Shown piece after piece: positions 48,712 to 59,160 of a stretch of DNA of 64,000 nt (within the stretch, counting starts at the first letter, position 1; every line of letters starts with the position of its first letter). A program made the position numbers and the translations under genes. Source of the DNA: Candidatus Limnocylindria bacterium (GTDB taxonomy: Bacteria; Chloroflexota; Limnocylindria; QHBO01). The notes under the pieces were generated by a model. That model searched no databases. It worked only from the letters and a program-made list of their open reading frames with translations, and was not told the origin of the DNA. The stretch is from the NCBI GenBank assembly GCA_046262115.1, contig JBHENJ010000067.1, positions 2,211 through 66,210 of the forward strand, given 5' to 3'.

Positions 48712-49371
48712 GTGAGCTTCTTCGACTCACTCCGCCTGGCGATCGTGTTCGGCCTCTCGCTGTTCCTGGTCCTCCTGCGCTTCGACTCCGACCGGATCAT
48801 CCGCTCCGACTACTTCCGCTACCGCAGCGGCTGGCTCGGCGCGTTCAGCTACTACGCCTTCGTCATCGGCTTCGCGCTGCTCATCGCCTTCGTGTTCCAG
48901 GACCGCGACCAGCTCTTCCTGCGGGGCGGCGACAGCGGCGTCCTCCTGCAGGCTTCGCTGCTGTTCGCGGTGGTCGGCCTTATCAATGCGTTCTTCCTGG
49001 CCCTTCTTCGGTTCGGCGCGATCACGCCGCTTCCCAGCCGCCTTCTGCCGAGCCGGACCTTCGGCGCCGCCGCGAACGCGGTGGCCGACGAGCTCCAGTT
49101 CCGCTCGGTCGTGCTCGGCCTGCTGCTCTTCGCCGGGGCGTCCACGACGGTCGCGCTCGTCGTCCAGGCGCTCCTGTTCGGGCTTGCGCACCGGCGGCTG
49201 TGGCGCGACCGCGACTGGTACTTCCTCGCGGGCTCGGTGCTCCTCGGGTACGCCGCGGGGATGGCGACGCTCGCGGCCGGATCGGTCCTCCCGGCCATCG
49301 TCGGCCATTTCGCGATCAGCATGTCGCTGTTTGCCTTCGCCGGCGGGCGGCTGCGGCAGCGACCGATCTAA
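48712..49371 (+). CDS. CPBP-family (CAAX/Abi) intramembrane metalloprotease
   Basis: The EExxxR-like motif DELQFRS and the FGLAH motif are present. Confidence 0.7.
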   Translation: MSFFDSLRLAIVFGLSLFLVLLRFDSDRIIRSDYFRYRSGWLGAFSYYAFVIGFALLIAFVFQDRDQLFLRGGDSGVLLQASLLFAVVGLINAFFLALLRFGAITPLPSRLLPSRTFGAAANAVADELQFRSVVLGLLLFAGASTTVALVVQALLFGLAHRRLWRDRDWYFLAGSVLLGYAAGMATLAAGSVLPAIVGHFAISMSLFAFAGGRLRQRPI

Positions 49372-49372
49372 G

Positions 49373-50536
49373 GTGTCGCCCGGCGCCGACGCGCGGCACC
49401 ACCTCTACATCCACGTTCCCTTCTGCCGGCTGGTGTGCGCCTACTGCGATTTCGTGGCGGTCGCCGGGCGCAGGGCCGATATCCCCCGGTACGTCGACGC
49501 CCTGCTCTCGGAGATGGCCGTGCGGCCGGCGCCGGGTGAGCTGCGCACGATCTACTTCGGCGGCGGGACGCCTTCGCAACTCGACACGGCGCACGTGGAG
49601 CGGCTCGTGGCGGCGGCGATGGAGCGGTGGAACGACACGCCGGCCGAGGTCTCGCTGGAAGCGAATCCCAGCGCCCGCGAGCGGCCGGACTGGATCGGGC
49701 TCCGATCGGCCGGCGTCACGCGGCTCTCGCTGGGCGTCCAGTCGCTGCATGACGCCGATCTTCGCGAGCTCGCGCGTGGGCACTCCGCGGGCGAGGCGGT
49801 CGCGGCGTACCGCGCGGTGCGAGCCGCGGGATTCGAGAGCGTCAGCCTCGACCTGATGTACGGCATCCCGGGCCAGACAGTCGCCGGGTGGCGGCGCGGA
49901 GTCGCGGCGGCGCTCGCGCTGGGTCCCGACCAGCTGTCGTTGTACAGCCTCTCGCTGGCAGTGACGCCGGACGAGTGGGCCGGCGCGCCGCGCGCCGGCG
50001 CGCTGAGGTGGCGGAGGGCCATGGCGGAGCGTCAGGACGACGACGTCGCGGCTGAGCAGTACCGCGTGGCGGAGGAGCTGCTCGACGCCGCGGGGTTTGG
50101 TCACTATGAGCTCAGCTCGTGGGCACGTCCCGGCCACGAGTGCGTCCACAACCGGGCGTACTGGGAGCGGCTTCCGTACACGGGGCTCGGCGCCGGCGCG
50201 CACTCGTTCGACGGCACGACTCGATCGTGGAACGTCCGCGACGTCGACGCCTATATCGCCGCCGTCGAGCGCGGCGCGAGCCCCCGAGAGGACGGCGAGA
50301 CCGTGGACGAGCGGGAGAGCGCATTCGAGACGCTGGCGCTCGCCCTGCGGACGCTGGATGGCCTGTCGCGGTCCGCATTCCGCGACCGCTTCGGGGATGA
50401 TCCGGCCACTCGCTACGCCGTGGCCGTGGATATCTCGGCGACGCGTGGCCTCATCGAGCTCGACGCCGACTCGATTCGGTTGACGCCGGCCGGCCGCCTC
50501 CTCGCGAACGACGTGCTCGTGGCATTCATCGGCTGA
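49373..50536 (+). CDS. hemW: Radical-SAM heme chaperone HemW (HemN-like, oxygen-independent coproporphyrinogen oxidase family)
   Basis: HLYIHVPFCRLVCAYCDF is the radical-SAM cluster motif. The GTG start lies 2 nt after the upstream stop. Confidence 0.85.
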   Translation: MSPGADARHHLYIHVPFCRLVCAYCDFVAVAGRRADIPRYVDALLSEMAVRPAPGELRTIYFGGGTPSQLDTAHVERLVAAAMERWNDTPAEVSLEANPSARERPDWIGLRSAGVTRLSLGVQSLHDADLRELARGHSAGEAVAAYRAVRAAGFESVSLDLMYGIPGQTVAGWRRGVAAALALGPDQLSLYSLSLAVTPDEWAGAPRAGALRWRRAMAERQDDDVAAEQYRVAEELLDAAGFGHYELSSWARPGHECVHNRAYWERLPYTGLGAGAHSFDGTTRSWNVRDVDAYIAAVERGASPREDGETVDERESAFETLALALRTLDGLSRSAFRDRFGDDPATRYAVAVDISATRGLIELDADSIRLTPAGRLLANDVLVAFIG

Positions 50537-50596
50537 GCGGAGCGCCCCGCGCGCGTTGACACTCCTCCGCGCAAGTTGGTATCCTCGTGCTCCCGG

Positions 50597-50623
50597 TTAG
50601 CACTCTCACCCTAAGAGTGCCAA
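50597..50623. promoter_or_regulatory. CIRCE element (HrcA operator): TTAGCACTC-N9-GAGTGCCAA, upstream of hrcA-grpE-dnaK
   Basis: A near-consensus inverted repeat seen in the sequence. Confidence 0.85.
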
Positions 50624-50691
50624 TGGCCCGGGCGACGGGACCACACAGCACGACTGGACGCGAAAGCACGCACGAGACGTTCACCGACCCG

Positions 50692-51777
50692 ATGACGGAA
50701 CACCGCCGACCCAGTTTCGAGGTATCGCTCAGCGAGCGACAGCGCCAGGTTCTCCGCGCCGTCGTGGAGGACTATCTGCTGACAGCGGTGCCGGTCGGGT
50801 CGCTGAGCCTCGTGAGCCGATACCGACTCGACGTGAGCCCGGCGACGGTGCGGAGCGAGATGGCCGGCCTCGAGAGCCTCGGTCTTCTGATGCACCCCCA
50901 CACGTCTGCGGGGCGCATCCCGTCCGACCTCGGATACCGGGTGTTCGTGGAGTCACTGATGCGCGAAGCGGAGCTCGACGGCGCCGATCAGACGATGATC
51001 CGCCATCAGTTCAGCCAGGTGCAGCTCAGGACGAACGACTGGCTGCGGCTCGCAGCATCGATCCTGGCGGGGAGCACGCGGAGCGCCGCCGTCGTGACGC
51101 CGGCACGGGCGCGGCGTGCCCGCTTCGGCCACGTCCAGATCGCCGAGCTCGCGGATCAGAGCCGGCTCCTGGTTCTCGTGCTGGGTGACGGCAACGTCGT
51201 CCAGCGCAAGATCGACCGCGCGTCGATGGACGTGACGCTTCCCGGCACCGCGATCGGTCAGCTCGAGCTCGACACCATTGCTGCTCTGCTGAATCGAGAG
51301 CTCGCCGGGATGACCGCGGCCCAGATCCGCCGCCGCATGGCTCGCCTTCCGCCGCCGGCGGCACATGTCGCACGCATCGTCGAGCAACTGGTGAGCGACG
51401 CTGGCGAGCCCGTGATCGAGGAGGTCTTCACCGACGGCCTGGTCCACGTCCTCGAGCAGCCGGAGTTCGCCGAGGGCGACAAGCTCCGCCGCGTCGTCGA
51501 GGTCCTCCAGCGCAGCGACTTCCTCGAGCAGCTGCTCCCGGTGGTGACGCGAGGCGGCGGCGTGCACGTCATCATCGGCCGCGAGAACGAGAACGACGCG
51601 ATGCACGAGGTGAGTCTCGTCTTCGCCCCGTACGGGACTCCCGACCGGGCGCTCGGTCTGCTGGGCGTCCTCGGGCCGACCCGCATGCCGTACCCGCGTG
51701 CGATCCCGACAGTCCGGTACCTGAGCGCGATCATGAACGAACTCATCGGCACCGAGGCGACCACCAGCCATGACTGA
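50692..51777 (+). CDS. hrcA: Heat-inducible transcription repressor HrcA
   Basis: SERQRQVLRAVVEDYL...GSLSL...HTSAGRIPSDLGYR is the HrcA signature. I start at the ATG at 50692, downstream of CIRCE. Confidence 0.85.
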   Translation: MTEHRRPSFEVSLSERQRQVLRAVVEDYLLTAVPVGSLSLVSRYRLDVSPATVRSEMAGLESLGLLMHPHTSAGRIPSDLGYRVFVESLMREAELDGADQTMIRHQFSQVQLRTNDWLRLAASILAGSTRSAAVVTPARARRARFGHVQIAELADQSRLLVLVLGDGNVVQRKIDRASMDVTLPGTAIGQLELDTIAALLNRELAGMTAAQIRRRMARLPPPAAHVARIVEQLVSDAGEPVIEEVFTDGLVHVLEQPEFAEGDKLRRVVEVLQRSDFLEQLLPVVTRGGGVHVIIGRENENDAMHEVSLVFAPYGTPDRALGLLGVLGPTRMPYPRAIPTVRYLSAIMNELIGTEATTSHD

Positions 51778-52381
51778 CAAGACGGACACGTCCAACGCGC
51801 GACCCGCGGCCGCGAGCGCCAGCGACGGCGACTCCCGGCGCAGGACGAGGGCGCAGGAGCGCGCCGAATCGGTCCGGACGCCCAGTCGCGCAGAGCTCGC
51901 CGAGCGCATCGAGCAGCTCCAGCGCGAGATCGAGGATCTGCGCGGACAGGCCGAACAGAACCTGCGCAACTGGCAGCGGTCGGCTGCCGACTTTGCGAAC
52001 TACAAGCGCCGCGTCGATGAGGAGCGCGGCGAGATGGCGCATCTCTCCAAGATGATCGTGATCGGCAAGCTGCTGACCGTGCTCGACGACTTCGATCGCG
52101 CGCTTGAGAGCGTGCCGGAGGACCTCGCCGGGCTCAGCTGGGTCGAGGGCATCCGCCTCGTCGAACGCAAGCTCCGCTACCTGCTCGAATCCGAGGGACT
52201 CACCGCGATCGATGCGCTCGGGACGCAGTTCGACCCGAACGTTCACGAGGCCGTCCTGCACGAGGAGACGGCGGAACATCCAGACAACGAGGTGATCGGC
52301 GAGCTTCAGCGCGGCTACCGCCTGGGGGACCGGGTGATCCGGCCGACGCTCGTCAAGGTCGCCAACAACCCAAGCAAGTAG
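51770..52381 (+). CDS. grpE: Nucleotide exchange factor GrpE
   Basis: A coiled-coil plus the GrpE C-terminal domain. It overlaps hrcA by 8 nt. Confidence 0.9.
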   Translation: MTDKTDTSNARPAAASASDGDSRRRTRAQERAESVRTPSRAELAERIEQLQREIEDLRGQAEQNLRNWQRSAADFANYKRRVDEERGEMAHLSKMIVIGKLLTVLDDFDRALESVPEDLAGLSWVEGIRLVERKLRYLLESEGLTAIDALGTQFDPNVHEAVLHEETAEHPDNEVIGELQRGYRLGDRVIRPTLVKVANNPSK

Positions 52382-52409
52382 ACAAGAAAGACGTCGAGGG
52401 AACACGCAT

Positions 52410-54323
52410 ATGGGCAAGATCATCGGCATCGACCTGGGGACCACGAACAGCGTGGTCGCGGTCATGGAGGGCGGCGAGCCGCAGGTCATCACCAACGCGG
52501 AGGGCGGACGCATCACGCCTTCGGTCGTCGGCTTCGCGAAGTCCGGCGAGCGCCTGGTGGGCCAGGTGGCCAAGCGTCAGGCGATCACCAACCCGGAGAA
52601 CACCGTCTTCAGCATCAAGCGCTTCATGGGGCGTCGCTACGAGGACCCCGAGGTCAAGCACAGCAAGAACCTGGTTCCGTACCAGGTCGAGAAGGACCCC
52701 AAGTCCGACGGCGTGGTGGTCAAGCTCGGGAACGGGAAGACTTTCAGCCCGCCCGAGATCAGCGCCATGATCCTCCAGAAGCTGAAGGGCGACGCTGAGG
52801 CGTATCTCGGCGAGAAGGTCACCGAGGCAGTCATCACCGTGCCGGCCTATTTCGATGACACGCAGCGCCAGGCCACCAAGGATGCGGGCCGCATCGCCGG
52901 CCTGGACGTCAAGCGCATCGTCAACGAGCCGACCGCCTCGGCTCTCGCCTACGGGCTCGACAAGCAGAAGGAAGAGAAGATCGCGGTCTACGACCTGGGC
53001 GGCGGAACGTTCGACATCAGCATCCTCGAGCTGTCCGAAGGGGTCTTCGAGGTTCGCTCGACCAACGGCGACACGCACCTCGGCGGCGACGACTTCGACC
53101 AGCGCGTCATCGAGTGGCTCGTCGCCGAGTTCCGCAAGAGCGAGGGGATCGACCTCTCCAAGGACCGGATCGCGGTCCAGCGGCTCAAGGAGGCGGCCGA
53201 GAAGGCGAAGATCGAGCTCTCGAGCACGACCCAGACGGAGATCAACCTGCCGTTCATCAGCGCCGACGCCACTGGTCCGAAGCACCTCGTCGTGACGCTG
53301 AGCCGGGCCAAGCTCGAGGACCTGGTGGCGGACCTGATCGGGAAGACCGAGGAGCCGGTGCGGAAGGCGCTGGCCGATGCCAACCTCAAGCCCGGCGACG
53401 TCAACGAGGTGATCCTCGTCGGCGGTATGACGCGCATGCCGGCGGTCGTCGAGGCGGTCAAGAAGATGTTCGCAGGGAAGGAGCCGCACAAGGGCGTCAA
53501 CCCCGATGAGGTCGTCGCGGTCGGCGCCGCGATCCAGGCCGGCGTTCTGGGCGGCGAAGTCAAGGACGTCCTGCTGCTCGATGTGACGCCGCTCTCGCTG
53601 GGCATCGAGACGCTGGGAGGCGTCGCGACCAAGATGATCAACCGCAACACGACCATCCCGACATCGCACACGCAGATCTTCAGCACGGCGTCGGACAACC
53701 AGCCGTCGGTCGACATCGTCGTACTCCAGGGCGAGCGCGAGATGGCGGCAGACAACAAGCGGCTGGCGACGTTCCGGCTGGACGGCATCCCGCCCGCTCC
53801 GCGGGGGGTGCCGCAGATCGAGGTGACCTTCGACATCGACGCGAACGGCATCCTCAACGTCACCGCCAAGGACAAGGCCACCAATCGCGAGCAGAAGGTG
53901 ACGATCACCGCGAGCTCGATGCTGGCCAAGGAGGACGTCGACCGGATGGTTCGCGAGGCCGCGGAGCACGCCGAGGAGGACCGTCAGCGGCGGAGCGAGG
54001 TCGAGTCGCGGAACGAGGCCGACGCCCTCACGTTCCAGGCGGAGCGACTGATCAAGGATCTCGGCGACAAGCTCTCGGCGGAGGATCGTGCGGACATCGA
54101 GTCCAAGATCGCGTCGGTCCGCGAGGCCCTGAACGGGACCGATGCGGGCGCGATCGACTCGACCAAGAACCAGCTGGCGGAGACGCTGCAGCGCGTCGGC
54201 GCGGCCGCGTACCAGCAGGCGGAGCCGCAGCCCGGCGGTGGTGACGGCCAGGGCCCCGACGGGACCGGTCCGGCCGCCGAGGAAGAGGGCGAGACGATCG
54301 AGGGCGAGTACAAAGAGGTCTAG
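52410..54323 (+). CDS. dnaK: Molecular chaperone DnaK (Hsp70)
   Basis: [10 protein letters not shown] and DLGGGTFD are the Hsp70 signatures. Confidence 0.95.
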   Translation: MGKIIGIDLGTTNSVVAVMEGGEPQVITNAEGGRITPSVVGFAKSGERLVGQVAKRQAITNPENTVFSIKRFMGRRYEDPEVKHSKNLVPYQVEKDPKSDGVVVKLGNGKTFSPPEISAMILQKLKGDAEAYLGEKVTEAVITVPAYFDDTQRQATKDAGRIAGLDVKRIVNEPTASALAYGLDKQKEEKIAVYDLGGGTFDISILELSEGVFEVRSTNGDTHLGGDDFDQRVIEWLVAEFRKSEGIDLSKDRIAVQRLKEAAEKAKIELSSTTQTEINLPFISADATGPKHLVVTLSRAKLEDLVADLIGKTEEPVRKALADANLKPGDVNEVILVGGMTRMPAVVEAVKKMFAGKEPHKGVNPDEVVAVGAAIQAGVLGGEVKDVLLLDVTPLSLGIETLGGVATKMINRNTTIPTSHTQIFSTASDNQPSVDIVVLQGEREMAADNKRLATFRLDGIPPAPRGVPQIEVTFDIDANGILNVTAKDKATNREQKVTITASSMLAKEDVDRMVREAAEHAEEDRQRRSEVESRNEADALTFQAERLIKDLGDKLSAEDRADIESKIASVREALNGTDAGAIDSTKNQLAETLQRVGAAAYQQAEPQPGGGDGQGPDGTGPAAEEEGETIEGEYKEV

Positions 54324-54340
54324 TCTCGAGCGGAGCGCGG

Positions 54341-54811
54341 TTGCAGGCTGTTCGCGCAACCAGGGAGGGCGACGTGGCGACCGGGTTCCAGGTGACCTTC
54401 GACTGCGCCGACCCCGATCGGGTCGCCCGCTTCTGGGCGTCGGCGCTGCGCTACAAGATCCAGGACCCGCCTGCCGGGTTCGACAACTGGGAGGCGTTCC
54501 TCGCGGCGCAGGGCATGCCGGAGTCGCAGTGGAACAGCGCCAGTGCGGTCGTCGACCCGGACGGTCACGGGTCACGCCTGTACTTCCAGCGCGTACCCGA
54601 AGGGAAGGTCGTCAAGAACCGCGTCCATCTCGACCTCAACGTGAGTGGAGGACGCGAGCTTCCCCTCGAGGGACGGCTCGATCGCATCCGGTCCGAGCAG
54701 GCGCGCCTGATCGCCGAGGGCGCGCGCGAGATCCGGCCGCTCGGCGAGGAGAACGGCGAGTGGTGGACCGTGATGCAGGACGTGGAGGGCAACGAGTTCT
54801 GCCTCCAGTAG
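54341..54811 (+). CDS. VOC/glyoxalase-like domain protein
   Basis: The FQVTFDCADPDRVARFWASAL...RLYFQRVPE...HLDL pattern is glyoxalase_6-like. Confidence 0.55.
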   Translation: MQAVRATREGDVATGFQVTFDCADPDRVARFWASALRYKIQDPPAGFDNWEAFLAAQGMPESQWNSASAVVDPDGHGSRLYFQRVPEGKVVKNRVHLDLNVSGGRELPLEGRLDRIRSEQARLIAEGAREIRPLGEENGEWWTVMQDVEGNEFCLQ

Positions 54812-54816
54812 CCTGA

Positions 54817-55617
54817 ATGCGGCTCGCGACCTGGAACGTCAACTCGCTGAGCGCCAGACTCGAGCGCGTGCTCGCGTGGCTCGGATCGGCGCAACCCGAC
54901 GTCTTCTGCATGCAGGAGACGAAGGTCACCGATGAGGCGGTCCCGTCGCTCGCCTTCCGCGAGCTGGGCTACGACGTCGCGCATCACGGGCTTGGACGCT
55001 GGAACGGCGTCGGCATCGCGTCGCGGGTCGGCATTGACGATGTCACCGCCGGGCTGGGCCCCGCACCGGACGGATGGACCGATGACGGTGGCCGCTTCAT
55101 CGCCGCCACCTGCGCCGGCATCAGGGTGATGAGCGTCTACGTCCCGAACGGCCGCGTCGTGGGCAGCGAGTTCTACGCCGCCAAGCTCGCGTGGCTGGAC
55201 CGGCTCAACGAGTGGGTCGCCACCAACTGCGATCTCGGCGACGAGCTGGCGCTGTGCGGTGACTTCAACGTCGCACCCACGGACGACGACGTCTGGGACG
55301 CGGAGGCGGCCCACGGCGCAACGCACGTCTCGCCGGCTGAGCGCGAACGCGTCGCGCGGCTACGCGCGTGGGGGCTCGTCGACGTGGTCCGCCGGTTCCA
55401 CCCCGAGCCCGGCTTCTACACCTGGTGGGACTACCGCGCGGGGCACTTCCACAAGAACTTCGGGATGCGGATCGACCATGTCTACGCCACGCCGCCGCTG
55501 GCGGCTCGTGCGGTGGCGGCGGAACGCGACCGCGAGGCGCGCAAGCCGAAGTCGTTCCCGGGCATCCCCTCGGACCATGCGCCCCTATACGTCGATCTTG
55601 CGGACGCCGGCGGCTAG
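54817..55617 (+). CDS. xthA: Exodeoxyribonuclease III (AP endonuclease)
   Basis: MRLATWNVNS...QETK...GDFNV...SDHAP are the EEP-family motifs. Confidence 0.85.
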   Translation: MRLATWNVNSLSARLERVLAWLGSAQPDVFCMQETKVTDEAVPSLAFRELGYDVAHHGLGRWNGVGIASRVGIDDVTAGLGPAPDGWTDDGGRFIAATCAGIRVMSVYVPNGRVVGSEFYAAKLAWLDRLNEWVATNCDLGDELALCGDFNVAPTDDDVWDAEAAHGATHVSPAERERVARLRAWGLVDVVRRFHPEPGFYTWWDYRAGHFHKNFGMRIDHVYATPPLAARAVAAERDREARKPKSFPGIPSDHAPLYVDLADAGG

Positions 55618-56234
55618 ATCACCGCCTCCAGTTCTTCGCCCCCACGCGCGCCGAGCCAGCCACCGACCGCCGACGCCAGGGCGGGGATGGCCGACGAGAG
55701 GAACGCGATCAGCGCAGAGCTGCGCAGGGTCGCGGCCACCTCCTGCGGGTCCTGCCCCGCGATCGATCCGGTGAGCGAGCGCAGCTGCGCGAAGAGGTTT
55801 CCGAGCGCTCCGAACATCTGACCGAGCCCGATCGCGCTAAGCACCGCGATGAGGAGAATGCCGAGCGCCCACACGAGGAACCCGTTCAGCAGGCCGCTGG
55901 CCCTGCCTCGGATCGCCGACGTTCGGCCGGTGACGAATCCGCCGATCAGGAACGAGAGAACCGCGAGGAGCGCGGCGACGTACTCGCCGAGCTGGGTGGC
56001 GGCGTTTCCCTGGACCGCACCGCTGCTGACCGTCTCGATCCCGATCACGAGAGCGAGCAGGCTGAGGATCAGGAACGCGCTGATGGCGACGAGGAGACCC
56101 GCCCAGATCGGTCCCCAGCGAACGGCGTCTCGCGGAGCGACGATGGGCGTCGCGGCCGGATACAGCGGCGGCGCATTGACGTTCGCGGCGGTCGCAGTCG
56201 GGGGCGTCGGCGGCGTGAGCGGGTCTCGAGTCAT
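55614..56234 (-). CDS. Proline-rich N-terminus plus 4-TM membrane protein, function unknown
   Basis: An ORF of 206 aa, convergent with xthA. Confidence 0.45.
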   Translation of the reverse strand: MTRDPLTPPTPPTATAANVNAPPLYPAATPIVAPRDAVRWGPIWAGLLVAISAFLILSLLALVIGIETVSSGAVQGNAATQLGEYVAALLAVLSFLIGGFVTGRTSAIRGRASGLLNGFLVWALGILLIAVLSAIGLGQMFGALGNLFAQLRSLTGSIAGQDPQEVAATLRSSALIAFLSSAIPALASAVGGWLGARGGEELEAVI

Positions 56235-56355
56235 CGGGCGTCTCCGAGTCGGTGCGAGCGCCCGGCGGTGCTCCGAGGCACCGAGCCGGGTGGCTGCTCA
56301 CGCGCGCAAGCGACGTGCCACGCCGGGAGGTTCGTCGAGCGCCGTTGGTTCCGCG

Positions 56356-56382
56356 CTGGCACTCCGGAATCCGGAGTGCTCG
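56356..56382. promoter_or_regulatory. Degenerate CIRCE-like inverted repeat CTGGCACTC-N9-GAGTGCTCG upstream of dnaJ, followed by a TATAAT hexamer at 56387-56392
   Basis: The GCACTC/GAGTGC arms with a 9-nt spacer match the CIRCE core. The -10 hexamer sits 9 nt before the ATG, which suggests a leaderless dnaJ transcript. Confidence 0.55.
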
Positions 56383-56401
56383 CCCGTATAATCTGCGGCC
56401 G

Positions 56402-57523
56402 ATGGCGATCAAACGGGACTATTACGAGATTCTCGGCGTGTCGCGCGACGCGAGCGACGAGGAGATCAAGCGCGCCTTTCGCAGGGCGGCGCAGCGCCAC
56501 CACCCCGACGTCGACACCAGCGCCGGGGCCGAGGAGCGGTTCAAGGAGCTCAACGAGGCATATCGCGTCCTCTCCGATCGCCAGCGGCGCCAGGCGTATG
56601 ACATGTTCGGCCACAGCGCCGTCGATCTTGGCACCGGCGGCGAGGGATTCGGTGGCGGCTTCGGGCCGTTCGGCGACATCTTCGACGCATTCTTCGGCGG
56701 TACCGCGACGACGCGCGGACGCCGGCGGGTGGTGGCCGGATCGGACCTGCGCTATGACCTGACGATCGACTTCGACGAGGCCGTGTTCGGCACCACCAAG
56801 ACGATCCGGTTCCCGAACCTCATCCGCTGCAACGTGTGCGACGGGAGCGGCATCGAGCCCGGAACCGAACCCGAGCGATGTCCGGACTGCGGCGGCAGCG
56901 GCGAGCGGCGTCGCGTCAGCCAGACGATCCTCGGCCAGATGGTGAACATCGTCGCGTGCCCGCGCTGCAACGGCGAGGGTCGCGTGGTCACCACGCCCTG
57001 CACGACGTGCCACGGCGACGGCCGCGTCCGCGAGGAGCGCGAGCTGGAGGTGCGCATACCGGCCGGGATCGACTCCGGACAGCGCATCGCGCTTGACGGC
57101 CAGGGAGAGGCCGGGCCCCGCGGCGGCCCCGCGGGCGACCTCTTCGTCGTCGTCAACGTCAAAGAGCATCCCGAGCTCGCGCGCCGTGGGAGTGAGATCT
57201 ACTACGAGCTCCCGATCACGTTCCCGCAGGCCGCCCTCGGCACCAAGGCCACCGTCCCGACCGTCGACGGCGAGGCGGATGTCGACGTCCCGCCCGGTAC
57301 CCAGAGCGGCTACGAGATCCGCCTCCGCGGCAAGGGAGTTCCGAGGCTGCGCGGCAACGGCCGAGGCGACCAGTACGTGATCGTCAACGTCGTCGTCCCA
57401 CACAAACTCTCGAAGCGAGAGCGCGAGCTGCTCGAGGAGCTCGGCGATGTCAGCGCGCCGGCCGCGCTCGACGACGAGAAGCACGGAAGCGTCTTCGACC
57501 GGTTCCGCAACCTCTTCGACTGA
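56402..57523 (+). CDS. dnaJ: Molecular chaperone DnaJ
   Basis: A J-domain (DYYEILGV...HPD), a G/F region and four CxxCxGxG zinc-finger repeats. I start at the ATG at 56402. Confidence 0.9.
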   Translation: MAIKRDYYEILGVSRDASDEEIKRAFRRAAQRHHPDVDTSAGAEERFKELNEAYRVLSDRQRRQAYDMFGHSAVDLGTGGEGFGGGFGPFGDIFDAFFGGTATTRGRRRVVAGSDLRYDLTIDFDEAVFGTTKTIRFPNLIRCNVCDGSGIEPGTEPERCPDCGGSGERRRVSQTILGQMVNIVACPRCNGEGRVVTTPCTTCHGDGRVREERELEVRIPAGIDSGQRIALDGQGEAGPRGGPAGDLFVVVNVKEHPELARRGSEIYYELPITFPQAALGTKATVPTVDGEADVDVPPGTQSGYEIRLRGKGVPRLRGNGRGDQYVIVNVVVPHKLSKRERELLEELGDVSAPAALDDEKHGSVFDRFRNLFD

Positions 57524-57530
57524 CGGCCGC

Positions 57531-58457
57531 GTGCGCTGGCTCGAGCTGAGCGTCGAGGCCGGGAGCGAGGCGGTCGAAGCCGTGAGCGAGATCCTGTGTC
57601 GCCTCGGCCGGGGGGCGGCGGTTCGCCCGACCCGGCTGCTGACTCAACCAGGAGACGAGCTGTCTGCGCGGGAGGACCACGACGCGCCGTACATCCTTAC
57701 CGCGCACGTGCCCAACGAGACGACCGCCGCGGATGAGGTCGAGTCGACCAGGCGCGCGCTGTGGCACCTCCAGGCCTTCGGCCTCGGCCCCGTCGGCGAG
57801 CTCCGCATCCGTGACGTCGACGACGAGCAGTGGGCCGATGCGTGGCGCGCGCACTATGCGCCGCAACGCTTCGGCCGCATCGTGATCGTGCCGTCGTGGA
57901 TGGAGGAGCGGATTGCGGCCGATGAGGTGGCGATCAGGCTCGATCCCGGCATGGCGTTCGGGACCGGGCTCCATCCCTCGACGCGCGGCTGCTTGGTGCT
58001 GATGCAGCGCAGCTCTCCGCCGAAGGCGCTGCTCGACGTCGGCTCCGGCTCCGGAATCCTCGCGATCGCAGGCGTCAAGCTGGGCGCGGAGACGGCGACG
58101 TGCCTCGACGTCGACCCGGTGGCAGTCGACGCCACCCGCCGGAACGCGCAGGTCAATGACGTTGCCGATCGGATCGACGCGCTCCACGGAACGCTGCCGC
58201 TCCGGCCGCCGCGTCGATTCGCACTCGTGTGCGCGAACCTCGTCGCGCGCGTACTGGTCGAGCTCGCCGACGAGCTCGTCGCCCACCTCGCCGACGATGC
58301 GGAGCTCGTAGCCGGCGGGATCGTGTCGGAGCGCGCGACCGAGGTCGAGCTCGCGTTCGCGGAGCGGCGCGTATCGGTCATCGAACGGTTGGCCGATGCA
58401 AACTGGGTCACGCTCCGGCTGGGTCGTGGTACCGCGGCGAGCGCCGCGGTTGCCTGA
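57531..58457 (+). CDS. prmA: Ribosomal protein L11 methyltransferase
   Basis: LDVGSGSGILAIA is the SAM-binding motif. PrmA follows dnaJ, as it does in Bacillus. Confidence 0.8.
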   Translation: MRWLELSVEAGSEAVEAVSEILCRLGRGAAVRPTRLLTQPGDELSAREDHDAPYILTAHVPNETTAADEVESTRRALWHLQAFGLGPVGELRIRDVDDEQWADAWRAHYAPQRFGRIVIVPSWMEERIAADEVAIRLDPGMAFGTGLHPSTRGCLVLMQRSSPPKALLDVGSGSGILAIAGVKLGAETATCLDVDPVAVDATRRNAQVNDVADRIDALHGTLPLRPPRRFALVCANLVARVLVELADELVAHLADDAELVAGGIVSERATEVELAFAERRVSVIERLADANWVTLRLGRGTAASAAVA

Positions 58458-58490
58458 TCGCGGCATGTCGCGTCGCGTACGCTGACCGGC

Positions 58491-58829
58491 ATGGACGCGT
58501 GCCTCTTCTGTCGGATCGCACGCGGCGAGGTGCCGGCGAATATCGTCCGCGAGGATGACACGCTCGTCGTCTTCCGCGACATCAACCCGCAGGCGCCGAT
58601 CCACCTGCTCGCCATCCCGCGCCGCCACATCGCGTCCGTGCGCGAGCTGGAGGGCCCTGATGCCGGCCTGCTCGGCGCGCTCGCAGACGCGCTGAGGAAC
58701 GCCGCCGACGACGAGGGGGCCGCCAGCTACCGGCTCGTGACGAACGTGGGCCCGGATGCCGGGCAGAGCGTCGCCCACCTGCACGTGCACCTGCTGGCGG
58801 GACGTCGCCTGGGATGGCCCCCCGGATGA
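58491..58829 (+). CDS. HIT-family protein (Hint)
   Basis: A CLFC zinc knuckle and the HLHVHLL histidine triad. Confidence 0.8.
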   Translation: MDACLFCRIARGEVPANIVREDDTLVVFRDINPQAPIHLLAIPRRHIASVRELEGPDAGLLGALADALRNAADDEGAASYRLVTNVGPDAGQSVAHLHVHLLAGRRLGWPPG

Positions 58830-58853
58830 GCCCGCCTGCGAATCGCAGGATCG

Positions 58854-58883
58854 TTGACCCTGCTCGGCGGCCGCTGATATGCT
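58854..58883 (+). promoter_or_regulatory. Candidate sigma-A promoter TTGACC-N18-TATGCT upstream of rpsU
   Basis: A hexamer pattern seen in the sequence, with no further evidence. Confidence 0.3.
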
Positions 58884-58931
58884 CCCGCGGGCCCAGCACG
58901 GGCATGCAATCACGGGAAGGCGGGAAGTCGT

Positions 58932-59108
58932 TTGGCCGAAGTCCGCGTGGGCGAGAACGAGACGTTCGAGAGTGCGCTCCGTCGCTTCAACAAGAAGATC
59001 CAGCAGTCGGGCATCCTCGCCGAGGCGCGGCGACGGGAGCACTACGAGAAGCCCAGCGTGAAGCGCAAGCGGAAGGAAGCCAAGAAGCGCAAGGCGACCC
59101 GCACCTGA
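58932..59108 (+). CDS. rpsU: 30S ribosomal protein S21
   Basis: (M)[61 protein letters not shown] start with a GGAAGG Shine-Dalgarno sequence; the ORF is missed by the tool because it is under 60 aa. Confidence 0.8.
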   Translation: MAEVRVGENETFESALRRFNKKIQQSGILAEARRREHYEKPSVKRKRKEAKKRKATRT

Positions 59109-59160
59109 TTCCGCGGTCCGCGTCGGCGGCCGCTGTGCGGCCCGCCGGGTCGGGACCGAT

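Noticed and set aside
50587-50691. Tool-extended N-terminus of hrcA (and the similar upstream extensions of dnaJ, lepA, eno, hemW, VIT1, the M15 peptidase and the LLM oxidoreductase)
   Set aside because: The extensions would read through operator elements or upstream genes. Conserved N-termini identify the internal starts used in the feature list.
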